DNA of 64,000 nt, taken from positions 1 through 64,000 of the forward strand of contig JYFJ02001418.1 of assembly GCA_000934665.2 (NCBI GenBank), written 5' to 3'. Numbering within the stretch: the first letter of the stretch is position 1; each line of letters opens with the position of its first letter. This DNA comes from Catajapyx aquilonaris. Its lineage: Eukaryota. Positions 13,205 through 26,000 of the stretch are shown piece by piece. Under the pieces are notes generated by a model. The model saw only the letters and a program-made list of their open reading frames with translations. It was not told where the DNA came from and searched no databases. Made by a program: the position numbers and the translations under genes.

Positions 13205-16200
13205 ATGGGCGCAGAGGTTCCGCCTCTCACTTGTCGATTTATGCAAATTTTCAGCACGTTGTTCCTTGCAATTATGGTGGTCACCGCAACCCCAGATTCA
13301 GGTAGGTACTGTGAAGGATGTTTAAAAAATTATTACTACAAACCATTGGGCACCATAGAGGTGTCCCCACAGCCTTGTTGAGACCTATACTGCAGAGCAA
13401 ATTGGCTTAAAAATGCATGAAATTACGAAGGTCAAAATAATGACATCAGCTATAACTTAATCGATTTATTGAAAAGTCTAAGTTTAATATTATAACATGG
13501 CATTATTATATTACAGATGGCGAAGCTATCCAAGAAAGTGTCTTTTTCGTTAACAGCGGCCTAGTTCTGAAGGGAAACTTTTCATGTTCAGATGTCACTT
13601 CGGCCAAAATTATCTGCATCTATGGTGAGATTTTGCCAATTATTATGAATATGCACAATATTTTCTTCTTCGTAACTCATCTACCTTTCGGTTTCATCAT
13701 AATATATTATGCTATTGGTTTTATCTCATTCCATCAATACAATTTAGCAAACGTTTCGCAAGGAGAAGAGTGCCCAGAGACTGTTATAAGTCTGGCTGAA
13801 AATGGACCTGCTATTAACATAACCGAAATTTTTAGGAACCAGTCGTGAGTGTAAAATACATTATTACTCTTGCGAAAGTACTGAATTGTTAATTGTCATT
13901 TTGGGGTTAATTTTACTGTAAATATAATCGTTTAATGACATTAGGATGGATTTCAGAGAAGCCATAGTAGGCTACTGTATCATTATTATTCACAAAAATA
14001 GCACATGCATAGAGTGATACTCTGCAGGGCTTGATCATAAATAATGTATGGTTTACTTTTATAGGTCTAACGAAACATCGGGCACGTGTTCAGCTGATGT
14101 GACGGATGTTGCCGCTAAAAATGGATTTAGCTGTAACGAAACGAGCATGAAAATAACAGTAGTTATCCATCACAAAAGGAGCAAAGTTCCAGAACTGTAA
14201 GAGATAATAACTTATTATGTTGCTTGAAATCTTGTTCAATAACGATTCAGATGCATAATAATTTATTATAATTTTTTTTTGCATTTGTGACACATTGCTA
14301 TAGGATGCTCCACAATATACGAATGCATAATTATTATTCTAAAGCAGTGTGGGGGAAATGATTTATTATTTTAAAACGTTATTCGTGTCACATGATTTAC
14401 AATGTGATGATAGTTTTTCCGTGCTTCAATTTGCGTTTAATTATATTGTTACAATAATTTTCAGCGTGGTTAAAAGAAGCAAGCGACAAACAGGTTTTAG
14501 AGGTGGAAGAGGTGGTTACTTTACAGAGGAAGATCATTGCATTTTGCATCGTGCTTAAACCACGTCAGCCTCTTATTATACCTCCCGATGGGAGTCTTAA
14601 TGATTTCCTAGATGATAAAAACTTCACATCAAGACGCAACTTTTGGCGGGAACCCACCGGTTGCATCCACATTGTTTCGGCAAGCGCAGTCTGCCTCAAT
14701 CCAAGGCGTCGAGGTAGTAAAACAAATAAGCTTATTAGTGCAATAGTTTTAAAATTCATTTTTCCTCAGGACAAGAATATGAGCAATGGAAAGCAGGAAT
14801 TTGCGATTACAACACTTTTAATCCGGATATTCATCCTGCATACGGAATCCAAGTAGATTCCCAGGGACTTCTCAAGGATCTGAAATCCAGGTACAGTAAG
14901 TCTAAAAAGTTAAATACGTACTTGCTGAGGACATAGGCAGTGTGCTACATCTTGGATAATATAATGTACACAGTTGCGAAGGCGGCACATATACTTGTTA
15001 CTTCTACGTGGATTCAACAATAAGAAGAGGAGGATTGTCTTGCGATAAATATGGAGGCTTAGGAGATGCCGATTTCATTAACGTACGGTACAAACTGGTC
15101 GACAGCCGAGATCTTAGTGAATTCCAAGAATTAGACAGGTACCCGAAACAAACTGAGATCGTTTGCCTGTATACCCACCGTTTCCAAAAAAAAAATTGCA
15201 GGGTAGAAGAAAGGGGAGAAAAAATGTGTCCACGTAAAGTTCTTTGGGATAAAGACGTGTGGGGGCCGTCTCCTCCAGGTTGGGCCACTCGAATATGTCC
15301 AGGTCAAGTGAGATGGATGGCCTACTGGAAATGCAATCCCCAAGGAGAATGGGAATCTGATTATCCTGACACAACGTAAGTGCACATTCAAACGTCAAGC
15401 ATTGGTGATAATTATATTTGAATATTTGAGTTTGCTTTTATTTAGTGTATAGTTATAACACTTTACAATTCATAATGAAGCGTAAGATTGATAAAATATT
15501 AATTTTTCATGCTCATCTGCAACACTTGATGAGCTAGGTCATGTGGCTTATACAGCTGGCAAAATACGCTTCGAGAACTACAGTACGGGAGCAAGTCAGT
15601 ATTGGACGTTCTAGGAAAACTGGCTATAGAAATTTACAATGAAGTCGGGCGGGACAGATACTACAAATACTTACAAGCAGGGGACATTGAAGACGCCATC
15701 AGAGTAATCAACGAATCACTGCGACTCCAGAGAGAGAAACACAGGGAATGCATCCAGTCTGACCTGTCTAAGTAAGGTGTGCGTGTATGGGTTAGTTGCA
15801 TTAATGAAATTAAATCTTGTTAGTGACAGGTGCAGCGCAAATCTGACGACGTATGGCACACGTGCGTTTGAAATAAGCAGTCGTGTGCTGAAGAGTCCGT
15901 ACACTTGGCTGACCCACGACAGAAGACCAGAGGTGGTCACTGACTTTTTCCAAATGGTCAACGAGATCGGATTTACAACTGCAAACGCAACTACCAGTCA
16001 AGAATTTAATAATACCTATTTAGGTAAGCACAGAGATGAGCAACGTTCATTCCCTCTACTGAAGAGATACATTTTTATAAAAATTATTATGGCCAATTTT
16101 TCAGCGGTTTCAACCCGATCATTTCGGAACTTGAGCGACGTGACCCTGTACCATGTGTACCCGAGTGGGTCAAGCATCCTTTTGCCAGAAGAGGCCAAAA

Positions 16201-19200
16201 ACCTAGGAGTATTCCAAGGAGCATGGGTCGCAACTCACGTGCATTACACAACAATGCACGACATACTGGGAAATAATCTGAAGCTGTGAGTTGAACAACT
16301 GCATAATTACCAGAATTAAAACTTTTTTTTTTTTAATTTGCCAGGAACGAGAGCATCGTCAACAATGCAAATCTGACCTACATTGTCAACAGCGAGGTTG
16401 TGGGCACCACCTTGGGAAGTCCGGACATACCGACCAAGTTCGGACAAGGCAGCACGATTCGAGTGGTACTGAAGCACCTGTACTCACCAGAAGAGTACAA
16501 CCTGACCAACTCCAGATGCGTCTTTTGGGACCAGACCAATCACAACTGGAGCAGGGAGGGATGCTGGGAAGAATCTTCGGGAGAGGAAGAGACCGTCTTC
16601 ATCTGCGACCATCTCACCAATCTGGCGGTCATCGTCGACTACGGAGGGGTCATCCAGAAGGAAAGCGAGGTCAGTTCCTCTACACTCTACAGCAACGAGG
16701 AAGCCGGACCAGTTCTGGAATCGGTTCGGTTGACCTTTTCCATTCTTCTGACCAGATAAACCTGGTGGAGAGCATATCAAGAGGCAATTCGACAGAGACA
16801 CAACATTGCCTCGTGTTTGGTAGAAATAGACCCATTGTTATCCCTCTAGATCCACCTAGAGAATTAATCGAGGAAGAAGAAGACTCTGGTGGTCCTCCCA
16901 CAACAATAGGCTACATCCACATTGTTTCGGCAAGCGCAGTCTGCCTCAATCCAAATGGCCAAGGTAGTAAACAATATGCTAACTAGTGCAATAGTTCTAA
17001 AAATCAAAGAGGATCATGTGGGATTGACAATATAATACACAGTATTATAATTGCTACATACTGTATATAAATTATATAATGTACTTGATTTTCCATTTTC
17101 CTCATGAACAGAAGATGCGAATTTCAGCGAGCACTGGCAAGGAGGAATCATTTGCGACGCCAATACTTTTCTGCCGGATCTTCATCCTACATACGGAGTC
17201 CAAGTAGATTCCCGAGCACTTCTTGAGCTTTTGCAGTTCACGTAAGTCTAAAAACTTGTACTCTATAGTAAGAGCTGAGAACTTTACGGCTTACGCGTAA
17301 CACTGTGCGATATATCTCACGTAATATCTATACACAGCTGCGGAGGAGCAGAAAGATGCCAACTGGATTCAAGATTTCTTAGGACAGAAAGGTTATGCTC
17401 TAACCTTGGAACATACCAAAGTCCCCATTTTGTTAATATACAATACAAGCTGATCGGCAGAAGAGATCTGACGTGCAGATCACCAGAAGCAAATCTGATG
17501 AGGGAAGTCAACACGACCATCTTCACTTGCTTCGATCACAAAAATGGCACCAGTGAGACCGGGATTATAGAGTATGATTATGAAGATGAAGAGTATCGTC
17601 ATGTGTCCATCACCCATAACATTTGTGATGAGTATGACGGACACATTCCCTTTGCTTATCCCAACATATCTGACACCATGAGACAACTGGGCTTGACCGA
17701 AGGTTATGTCAGGATCAGAGGTAACGGATCGTCAACCAGAATGTCAACTCAGGGACACTTCTTTAGACGTGACGACGCCTTGAAGCTTCCAACACAATTC
17801 AATGATCAGAGATACATTCCGGATTTTAGTGGACAGCAAGAATTAGACCCGGAAAGGTACCCGGAACATCCTGAGATTGTTTGTGTGTACCCGCCGTATC
17901 CAACTGATTACAAGGTCGAGGAAACGGCAGAAAAATTGTGTCCACGCAAAGTTATTCGGCGCCAAGTGTGGGGACCGTCTCCTCCAGGTTGGGTCACCCG
18001 GGCATGTCGAGGTCCAGGAAACTGGGTCAGATACTGGAAGTGCAATCCCCAAGGGGAATGGGAACCTAATTATCCTGACACGACGTAAGAAAAGGGCAAC
18101 ATCATTATTTTCAATTACACGTTCAATTGCAACTCAGTAATGCCACAACAATACTGTGTAATTTGCACAGGTTATGTCACGCTGCCTGGTACAGATGGAA
18201 TGAAGCACTTCAAGACCTCAACGGGAATGCGACAGTACAGGACGTGCTGGAAGAACTGGCGAAAAGTCTTGAGTATTACGATTTAGAAGCAGGAGACGTG
18301 AACAAAGCCATCGAAGTGCTCAACAAATCACTACGACTCCAGAGAGAGAAACACGAAGAATGCATTCAATCCGACCTGTCTGACTTGTAAGGAAAGTGTG
18401 CATGGGCAATTCCACGTGAACGCGGCCACCTTTTTCACGAAAAAATTTGCCCGTCGATGAGTGGGAGATATGTTTGAGTCCATCTCAAGTTATGACCTTT
18501 CCCATAAGGATTTGGTCCGCCGATGCGTGGTTGCCTATCTGCAGGCGCTAATTGCACTTGGATCACAGTTAGAGGCGCCCCCTATTACATTTACATGACA
18601 ACGTAAATGCAGATGTAATACATCTTTCATGTGTGAAATTGTCTCCTCTTTCCGACAAAAATAGTCACTTTCCGCTAGCTGTGCAAATTCATGTCACAAA
18701 TCGACATTTTTGCAAACAAATTACTTTTTCAAAAAAGTGCCAAAATCAAATGTCATCGCATTGATATCAAAATGCACCTTGAAGTGTCCTCTATCAGTGG
18801 TACAAACGGAATTTTGGAATACGAAATGGTTACGGAGCTATAGGCACTGACGTGGAGCGCTGCGCTAGTGGCCACGCCGCTGAATGAAAATGAGCGGCCC
18901 ACCTAGGTCCGTCTTCATGTCTCACATAGTGTACGCTTGTCCTTTGTGTTTAATTCACTTAATAATATAGTTAATGTAGTTATAGTTTTAATATATCTAG
19001 AAAGCGTTCCAAATAAATTCGGTCCGCTACTGGGCAATTCCACGTGAACGTGATCACCTTTTGCACAAAAAAATCTGGCCATCGATAAGTGTCAAAGTGT
19101 GAGGAGATATGTTTAGGTCCATGTTAGAACCTTTCGCATAAGAACTTGGTCCGCTGAAGCGTGGTTGCCTCTCTACAGGCGTAAATTGTACTTTGGTCAC

Positions 19201-22200
19201 ATTTACACGACAATGTAGTAAATGCTTGATATGATACAAGTTACATGTGTGAAATTGTCTCCTCTTTTCGACAAAAATGCTAACTTCCTGACAGATGTGC
19301 AAATTCATGGCAAAAAGCGAGAATTTTGCAAACAAATGAAATTTTCGAAACGAGAGCCAAAGTTAAATACCATCAGTCATCACATTGATATCAAAAAATT
19401 CCTCATAGTGTCCTCTATCAGCCATATACAAACGGAATTTTGGCATACGCAAGGGTTACGGAGCTATAATCACTGACGTGGAGGGGTGCAGGAGTGCAAT
19501 ATATTCCATTATAGTGAAAGCAAGGGGCCCGTATGGATCCGCAAGGAATTCCGTACAGGCCTCAACAGTGAACATTCATTTGGACTGTGACTAGGAACGA
19601 ATAGAGGAATGAATATAAAAATAAAAAGTAGGCTACATGTTTCTCTATTGTAAATAATCAAGCATATTTTAACACACACTTGAACTTGTGAAAATTGAAA
19701 CTGTGTTGAACATGACAAGGGAATTTTCATTTATTCTTACTATTCTATGGTAATTTTTTAAACTATATTATTAAGTGAATTAAACACAAAGGACAAGCGT
19801 ACACTACCTGAGACATGAAGACGGACCTAGGTGGGCCGCTCATTTTCATTCAGCGGCGTGGCCACTAGCGCAGCGCTCCACGTCAGTGCCTATAGCTCCG
19901 TAACCATTTCGTATTCCAAAATTCCGTTTGTACCACTGATAGAGGACACTTCAAGGTGCATTTTGATATCAATGCGATGACATTTGATTATGTCACTTTT
20001 TTGAAAAAGTAATTTGTTTGCAAAAATGTCGATTTGTGACATGAATTTGCACAGCTAGCGGAAAGCGACTATTTTTGTCGGAAAGAGGAGACAATTTCAC
20101 ACATGAAACATGTATTACATCATGCATTTACATTGTCATGTAAATGTAATAGGGGGGCGCCTCTAACTGTGATCCAAGTGCAATTAGCGCCTGCAGATAG
20201 GCAACCACGCATATCGGCGGACCAAATCCTTATGGGAAAGGTCATAACTTGAGATGGACTAAAACATATCTCACACTCATCGACGGGCAAATTTTTTCGT
20301 GAAAAAGGTGGCCGCGTTCACGTGGAATTGCCCGCATGTGTATGACTTAAGTACATTATTTTGTAAAATGAAATTCGTATGATCAGTGACAGGTGCAGCT
20401 CGGATCGATCTGAAGACATATGGCACATTTGCGTTTGATATATGCAGTAGTGTGCTGAAGAATCCGTACACTTGGCTGACCCACGACAGAAGACCAGAGG
20501 TCGTCTCTAAGTTCTTCCAACTGGTCAATGACATCGCATTTACAACGGCAAACGCAACTACACGTCACGATTTTAATAATACTTACATAGGTAAGCACAG
20601 AGACAAACAAAGTTCATTTCAGTATAACATTCTGATTGATCCGAATCTTGAAATGATTTCGACATGATTGTGACAGTTTGAAAATTAAGCAGAGCGTGTT
20701 CGTTGGGTTGCAACATGTCAGGATGAAACATATAGGAGATGTAAGGGTAAATGTTGCATCACCATTAAGAGAACTCCAAATTTTTTCAAACGTGATTTAA
20801 TAAATAAATAAATTCCACACCGATTTGAGCGGTGAGCTGAACTGCCGGAGAAGTGGCTTTTTTATGTTTATAAAAAGATTGCCAATTTCAGCCGTTTCCA
20901 CTAGATCATTTGGGAACTTGAGCGACGTGACCCTGTACCACGTGTACCCGAGTGGGTCCAGCATCCTTTTGCCAGAAGAGGCCAAAACGAAGGGAATATT
21001 CCAAGGAGCATGGATCGCAACTCACGTGCATTACAACACAATGCACGACATCCTAGGAAATAATCTGAAGCTGTGAGTTGGACATAAAAGTGCATATTTA
21101 ACAGGGTTGACACTAAGCGATATGCAATGATTGAATGTGGCCAGGAACGAGAGCATCGACACCAATGCAAAGCTGACCTACATTGTCAACAGCGAGGTCG
21201 TGGGCACCACTTTAGGTCATCCGGACATACAGACCAAATTCGGACAAGGCACGATTCGAGTGGTACTGAAGCACCTGCACTCACCAGGAGAGTACAACCT
21301 GACCAACCCCAGATGCGTCTTTTGGGACCAGACCAATCACATCTGGAGCAGGGAGGGATGCTGGGAAGAATCTTCGGGAGAGGAAGAGACCGTCTGCATC
21401 TGCGACCACCTCACCAACCTGGCGGTCATCGTCGACTACGGAGGGGTCATCCAGAAGGGAAGCAAGGTCACTATATTCACACACAGCAAACCAGACCAGT
21501 TCTGGAGCCGGCTCGGTTGATCTTTTCCGTTCTTCTGACCAGATAAACCTGGTGGCGAGCATCATAAGCGCTGTTGGATGCAGCCTGTCCGTGACCTGCC
21601 TCCTCCTGTCCCTTGTGACCTTTCTAGTGGTCAGCAGGTCACTGGGCAGTCCCCCTCGGATATTCGTCCACTGCAACCTCTGCCTGACCCTTTCCCTGGC
21701 CCAGATGACCCTTCTCCTGGGTCTGGATGCCACCCAGCAGCACCAGGCCTGCAAGGCTGTGGCTGTCCTGCTGCACTTCTTCTTCCTCTCTGCCTTCTTC
21801 TGGACACTGGTCGAGGCCATCCTCCTCTACCTCATGATCATCGTGGTCAGTACTTTAATTATTATGATTGGCCAACACTGAAAGGTGCATTTGCAGGTGT
21901 TTGATCCAAAGAGAATGAGCAGGTGGCAGATGATGGTGGTGGGCTACATCGTTCCAGCCACAATCGTCCTCATATCTGCCATGCTTCGTTGGCAATATTA
22001 CGGAACCGAAGATTAGTGAGTTGTTGTACTGTACACAGTGGTTGTAACCATTCAATTACTTTTCACTCTAAACGTATGACATTTCAGTTGCTGGTTGAGC
22101 AGAGAAAGTGGACTGATATATGCCTTCATTGCGCCATTGGGAACCATCTTGTGCGTATGTATTGGTTTACTTGCACTAAAACTGTGCCTGCAGCATTTAC

Positions 22201-22632
22201 ACCGATGTTGATTTCTCTCAGGTAAATGCAGTAATATTGACTGCAGCTCTGGTGAAAGTGAGAAGGGCTGCCAAGCAGAGAGCTCAGCACACGAAGCAAC
22301 AGATCACAAGCTCTTGGATACAAGGCTGTGCATCACTTGTTGTCATACTCGGCTTGACTTGGGTCGTTGGCTTCTTCTTATTTGCACAAGGTGAGCTATT
22401 GCGTAAAGAATATACGTGCTGTAATGTTTCATAATGCGCATAACGAGCAAATAAATAAAACATTTCAGACAATCAAGATGCTGTGGGGGCACTGGGAATA
22501 ATCTTCGTGACATGCAACTCCTTGCAAGGAGTCTTCATCTTCGTTTTTCACTGCCTGCTTCAACACGATGTGAGAAACGCAGTAGTTAAAAAGATACAAC
22601 ATATCTGCAAGCGATCATCCGCCTCGGAATAG
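13205..22632 (+). pseudogene. Fused adhesion GPCR copies 3+4 (two ectodomains and two GPS, one 7TM), probably pseudogenised
   Basis: Signal exon from ATG 13205. Lesions: a frameshift near 14540 (TAA at 14556-14558), an in-frame deletion near 15112, GPS Cys->Phe (ETVFICDHL), and a junction from the TM1 exon into an N-terminal exon at ~16776. Further lesions: a transposon in an intron (18404-20333), a 4-nt GATC duplication frameshift at 20403-20410, and an early TAG at 22630-22632. Confidence 0.7.
18404..20333. mobile_element. Non-autonomous DNA transposon with ~570-bp terminal inverted repeats and a 4-bp TSD (GCAT); possibly Sola2-type
   Basis: It starts GGGCAATTCCACGTGAACGCGGCCACC and ends GGTGGCCGCGTTCACGTGGAATTGCCC. 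The inverted repeat spans 18404-18972 vs 19761-20333. GCAT sits at 18400-18403 and 20334-20337. The homologous intron in copies 2, 3 and 5 is short and empty. No transposase ORF. The superfamily is inferred only from the GRG terminus and 4-bp TSD. Confidence 0.9.
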
Positions 22633-23054
22633 GTAATTAATCCAAACAAAAATGGCACGTAAAAATTATAGCAATTAATTTTTTTGTCTCTCTTATCCAA
22701 TACGCAAGTCAGGAATCGCAATGACTCGCACTACCAAAGTGTCTAAGTAGATTTGCAAAAAGTGTGTAATTGAGGAAATCACTTGAGCACAATTTGCATC
22801 AACCAGTGTGTATTTTAGTTCTTACTTATTGTACCACCCTGCGTATGGATTACGCAATTATGAATAAATGAGTCAAATATTTTGTTTGCTCTTATTCTGC
22901 CAACCACATCGTTTCGTGCGAAGGAAGTTTGAGGCTTTTCTTATCACCCCTTGCTGATGACTCTTTTTTATGCTGAGAACTGGCCACTCTGACTTCATGC
23001 AGCGGTATGTACACACATAGGTGACTAGTGCGGATCACTGTGACCATCGCAGGC

Positions 23055-26000
23055 ATGTTATATCTGGCTCTTCTGTTGATCACAACTCTCTCCTACTCAG
23101 AAGGTGAGTTATATAGTCAGAGGTTTCCACCATGGTAAAGAGCTAAAAAAAATATTCTGTCACACAGAGAGTGAGTATTGCAACGTGCTTGGAAATCATG
23201 GTCTCATTACATTTCCACCACGAGAATCTGCAGGATTCGGCGAGATTTCAATGAAAAAAGACGTTTACTTACACATCACTTCAGCCAGTGCACTTTGCCT
23301 TAACCCGCAATACAGAGGTATTTTTAAAAAAAGTCATAACTTGTCAAATCCCATCAATTTAACAAAATTAAAATATAATTTACTCCCATACAGAAAATGT
23401 AACATCATCCTGGACAGAAGGAGATTGCCTTTCCAGTGATTTCCAGCCAGAGATTCATCCCATATATGGCGTACAAGTAGATCCCCAGCATCTTCTTAAG
23501 ATTTTGCGATTCAGGTAATTAAGTTGTGTTTATTGCCGAGTACAAATCATTATTTTTGTGCATCTCTTCTGCAGCTGTGATGGAACACAAACTTGCCATT
23601 TGGATTTGAGTAGAGAACAACTATGCAGACACGTTAGAAGCGAATTAGGACCTGATCTGATCACCATCAAGTACAAACTTATTAACAAAAGTGACCTCAA
23701 ATGTCACGATCCAGAATCACAGCTAATCAGAGAGTCCAACAGGACCTACACTTGCTTCCACCACGAAATGGACAGCTATTTCGACTACTCCGGCTCTGGA
23801 TTTGACGACGTTGAAATTCCGAATAATCCTAACATCGCAAATTGTGATGCAATTGGCGGTGAAATACCTTTGGCTTATCCCAACATTTCAAAGGCCATGA
23901 GTCAACTGGATCTGAACGAAGGTTTGGTATGGGTCAGAGGCAATGGAACATTTACGAGAGATGTACCGGAAACAAATTTTCGTTACGATGACGCCATTTC
24001 GCTTCCGGATGAGAGATACATTAGGCATGTTAGTGACGAAGAAGATGCTCACACTGTTTGCGTTTATCCGCCCCAACCATACGATTTGATTGTTGTGGAT
24101 AATAAAGATCAAAAATTATGCAGGAGAAAAATAGTTGGCAATAAAGTATGGGGACCGTCTCCTCCAGGTTGGGTCACTCAAAGGTGTCCAGGTCAAGGTA
24201 ACTGGGTCACCTACTGGAAATGCAACCTCCAAGGAAAATGGGAACCTGATTATCCTGACACAACGTAAGTGCAAATGTACTTATTTGAACAAATGTTATT
24301 TTGAATTCATATAATTTTTGCAGATTATGTACAGCCGTTTCACACACTTGGAATAGAGCGCTTCAGGCTCTGAATAGAAACGAGACAGTAGTGGACGTCC
24401 TAGGAACATTGTCTAGAGAACTTGATTATGAAGACAAACACTTACAAGCAGGAGATGCGGACAAAGCTATTGAAGTGCTCAACACATCATTGCAACTTCA
24501 GCATAGAAAATGCATCCTGTCTGAGTATGACGTGCAATGTATGATTTTTGTTTATATTATACAATATGATTAAATATGATTTAGTGACAGGTGCGATGCA
24601 AATCTGATGGCGTATGGCACACGTGCTTTTGATATAAGCAGTCGTGTGCTGAAGAGTCCGTACACTTGGCTGACCCACGACAGAAGACCAGAGGTCGTCT
24701 CTAAGTTCTTCCAATTGGTCAATGATGTAGGATTTACAACAGCAAATGCAACTACTAATCACGATTTTAATAGTCCATATTTAGGTAACGTGGTGTAATT
24801 GATGGTAATATAATATTTTTATACACATATGTTATTTTAGGTGTTACCACCGGATCATTGCTGAACGTGAGTGAGATCAACCTGTACCACGTGTACCCGA
24901 GTGGGTCCAGCATCCTTTTGCCAGAAGAAGCAAAAACGAAAGGAATATTCCAAGGAGTATGGGTCGCAATTCATGTGCATTACACCACAATGCACGACAT
25001 TCTTGGAAATAATATCAAGTTGTATGTGTTCGCAATTTGTTACACTGATTCGGATGTGACACTCTGACACTTGGTATATAATTTGACAGGAATGACAGTA
25101 TTATGAATGAGATGAATCTGTCCAACATTGTCAACAGCGAAGTTGTGGGCACCACCTTGGGACATCCGGACATACCGACCAAATTCGGACAAGGCACGAT
25201 TCGAGTGGTACTGAAGCACCTGTACTCACCAGAAGAGTACAACCTGACCAACCCCAGATGCGTCTTTTGGGACCAGACCAATCACATCTGGAGCAGGGAG
25301 GGATGCTGGGAAGAATCTTCGGGAGAGGAAGAGACCGTCTGCATCTGCAACCATCTCACCAACCTGGCGGTCATCGTCGACTACGGAGGGGTCATCCAGA
25401 AGGGAAGCAAGGTCACTATTCACGCACAGAAAACCGGACCAGTTCAGGAACCGGCTCGGTTTATATTTTCCGTTCTTCTGACCAGATAAACCTGGTGGCG
25501 AGCATCATAAGCGCTGTTGGATGCAGCCTGTCCGTGACCTGCCTCCTCCTGTCCCTTGTGACCTTTCTAGTGGTCAGCAGGTCACTGGGCAGTCCCCCTC
25601 GGATATTCGTCCACTGCAACCTCTGCCTGACCCTTGCCCTGGCCCAGATGACCCTTCTCCTGGGTCTGGATGCCACCCAGCAGCACCAGGCCTGCAAGGC
25701 TGTGGCTGTCCTGCTGCACTTCTTCTTCCTCTCTGCCTTCTTCTGGACACTGGTCGAGGCCATCCTCCTCTACCTCATGATCATCGTGGTCAGTACTTTC
25801 ATTATGATGATTGATCAACACTGAAAGGTGCATTTGCAGGTGTTTGATTCAAAGAGAATGAGCAGGTGGCAGATGATGGTGGTGGGCTACATCGTTCCAG
25901 CCACAATCGTCCTCATATCTGCCATGCTTCGTTGGCAATATTACGGAACCGAAGATTAGTGAGTTGTACACATGGTTTGTCTCATTGCAATGTAATAACT

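Noticed and set aside
19054..19730. Transposase within the long-TIR element
   Set aside because: Only short ORFs (<100 aa) with no DDE-like motif, mostly overlapping the internal terminus copy.
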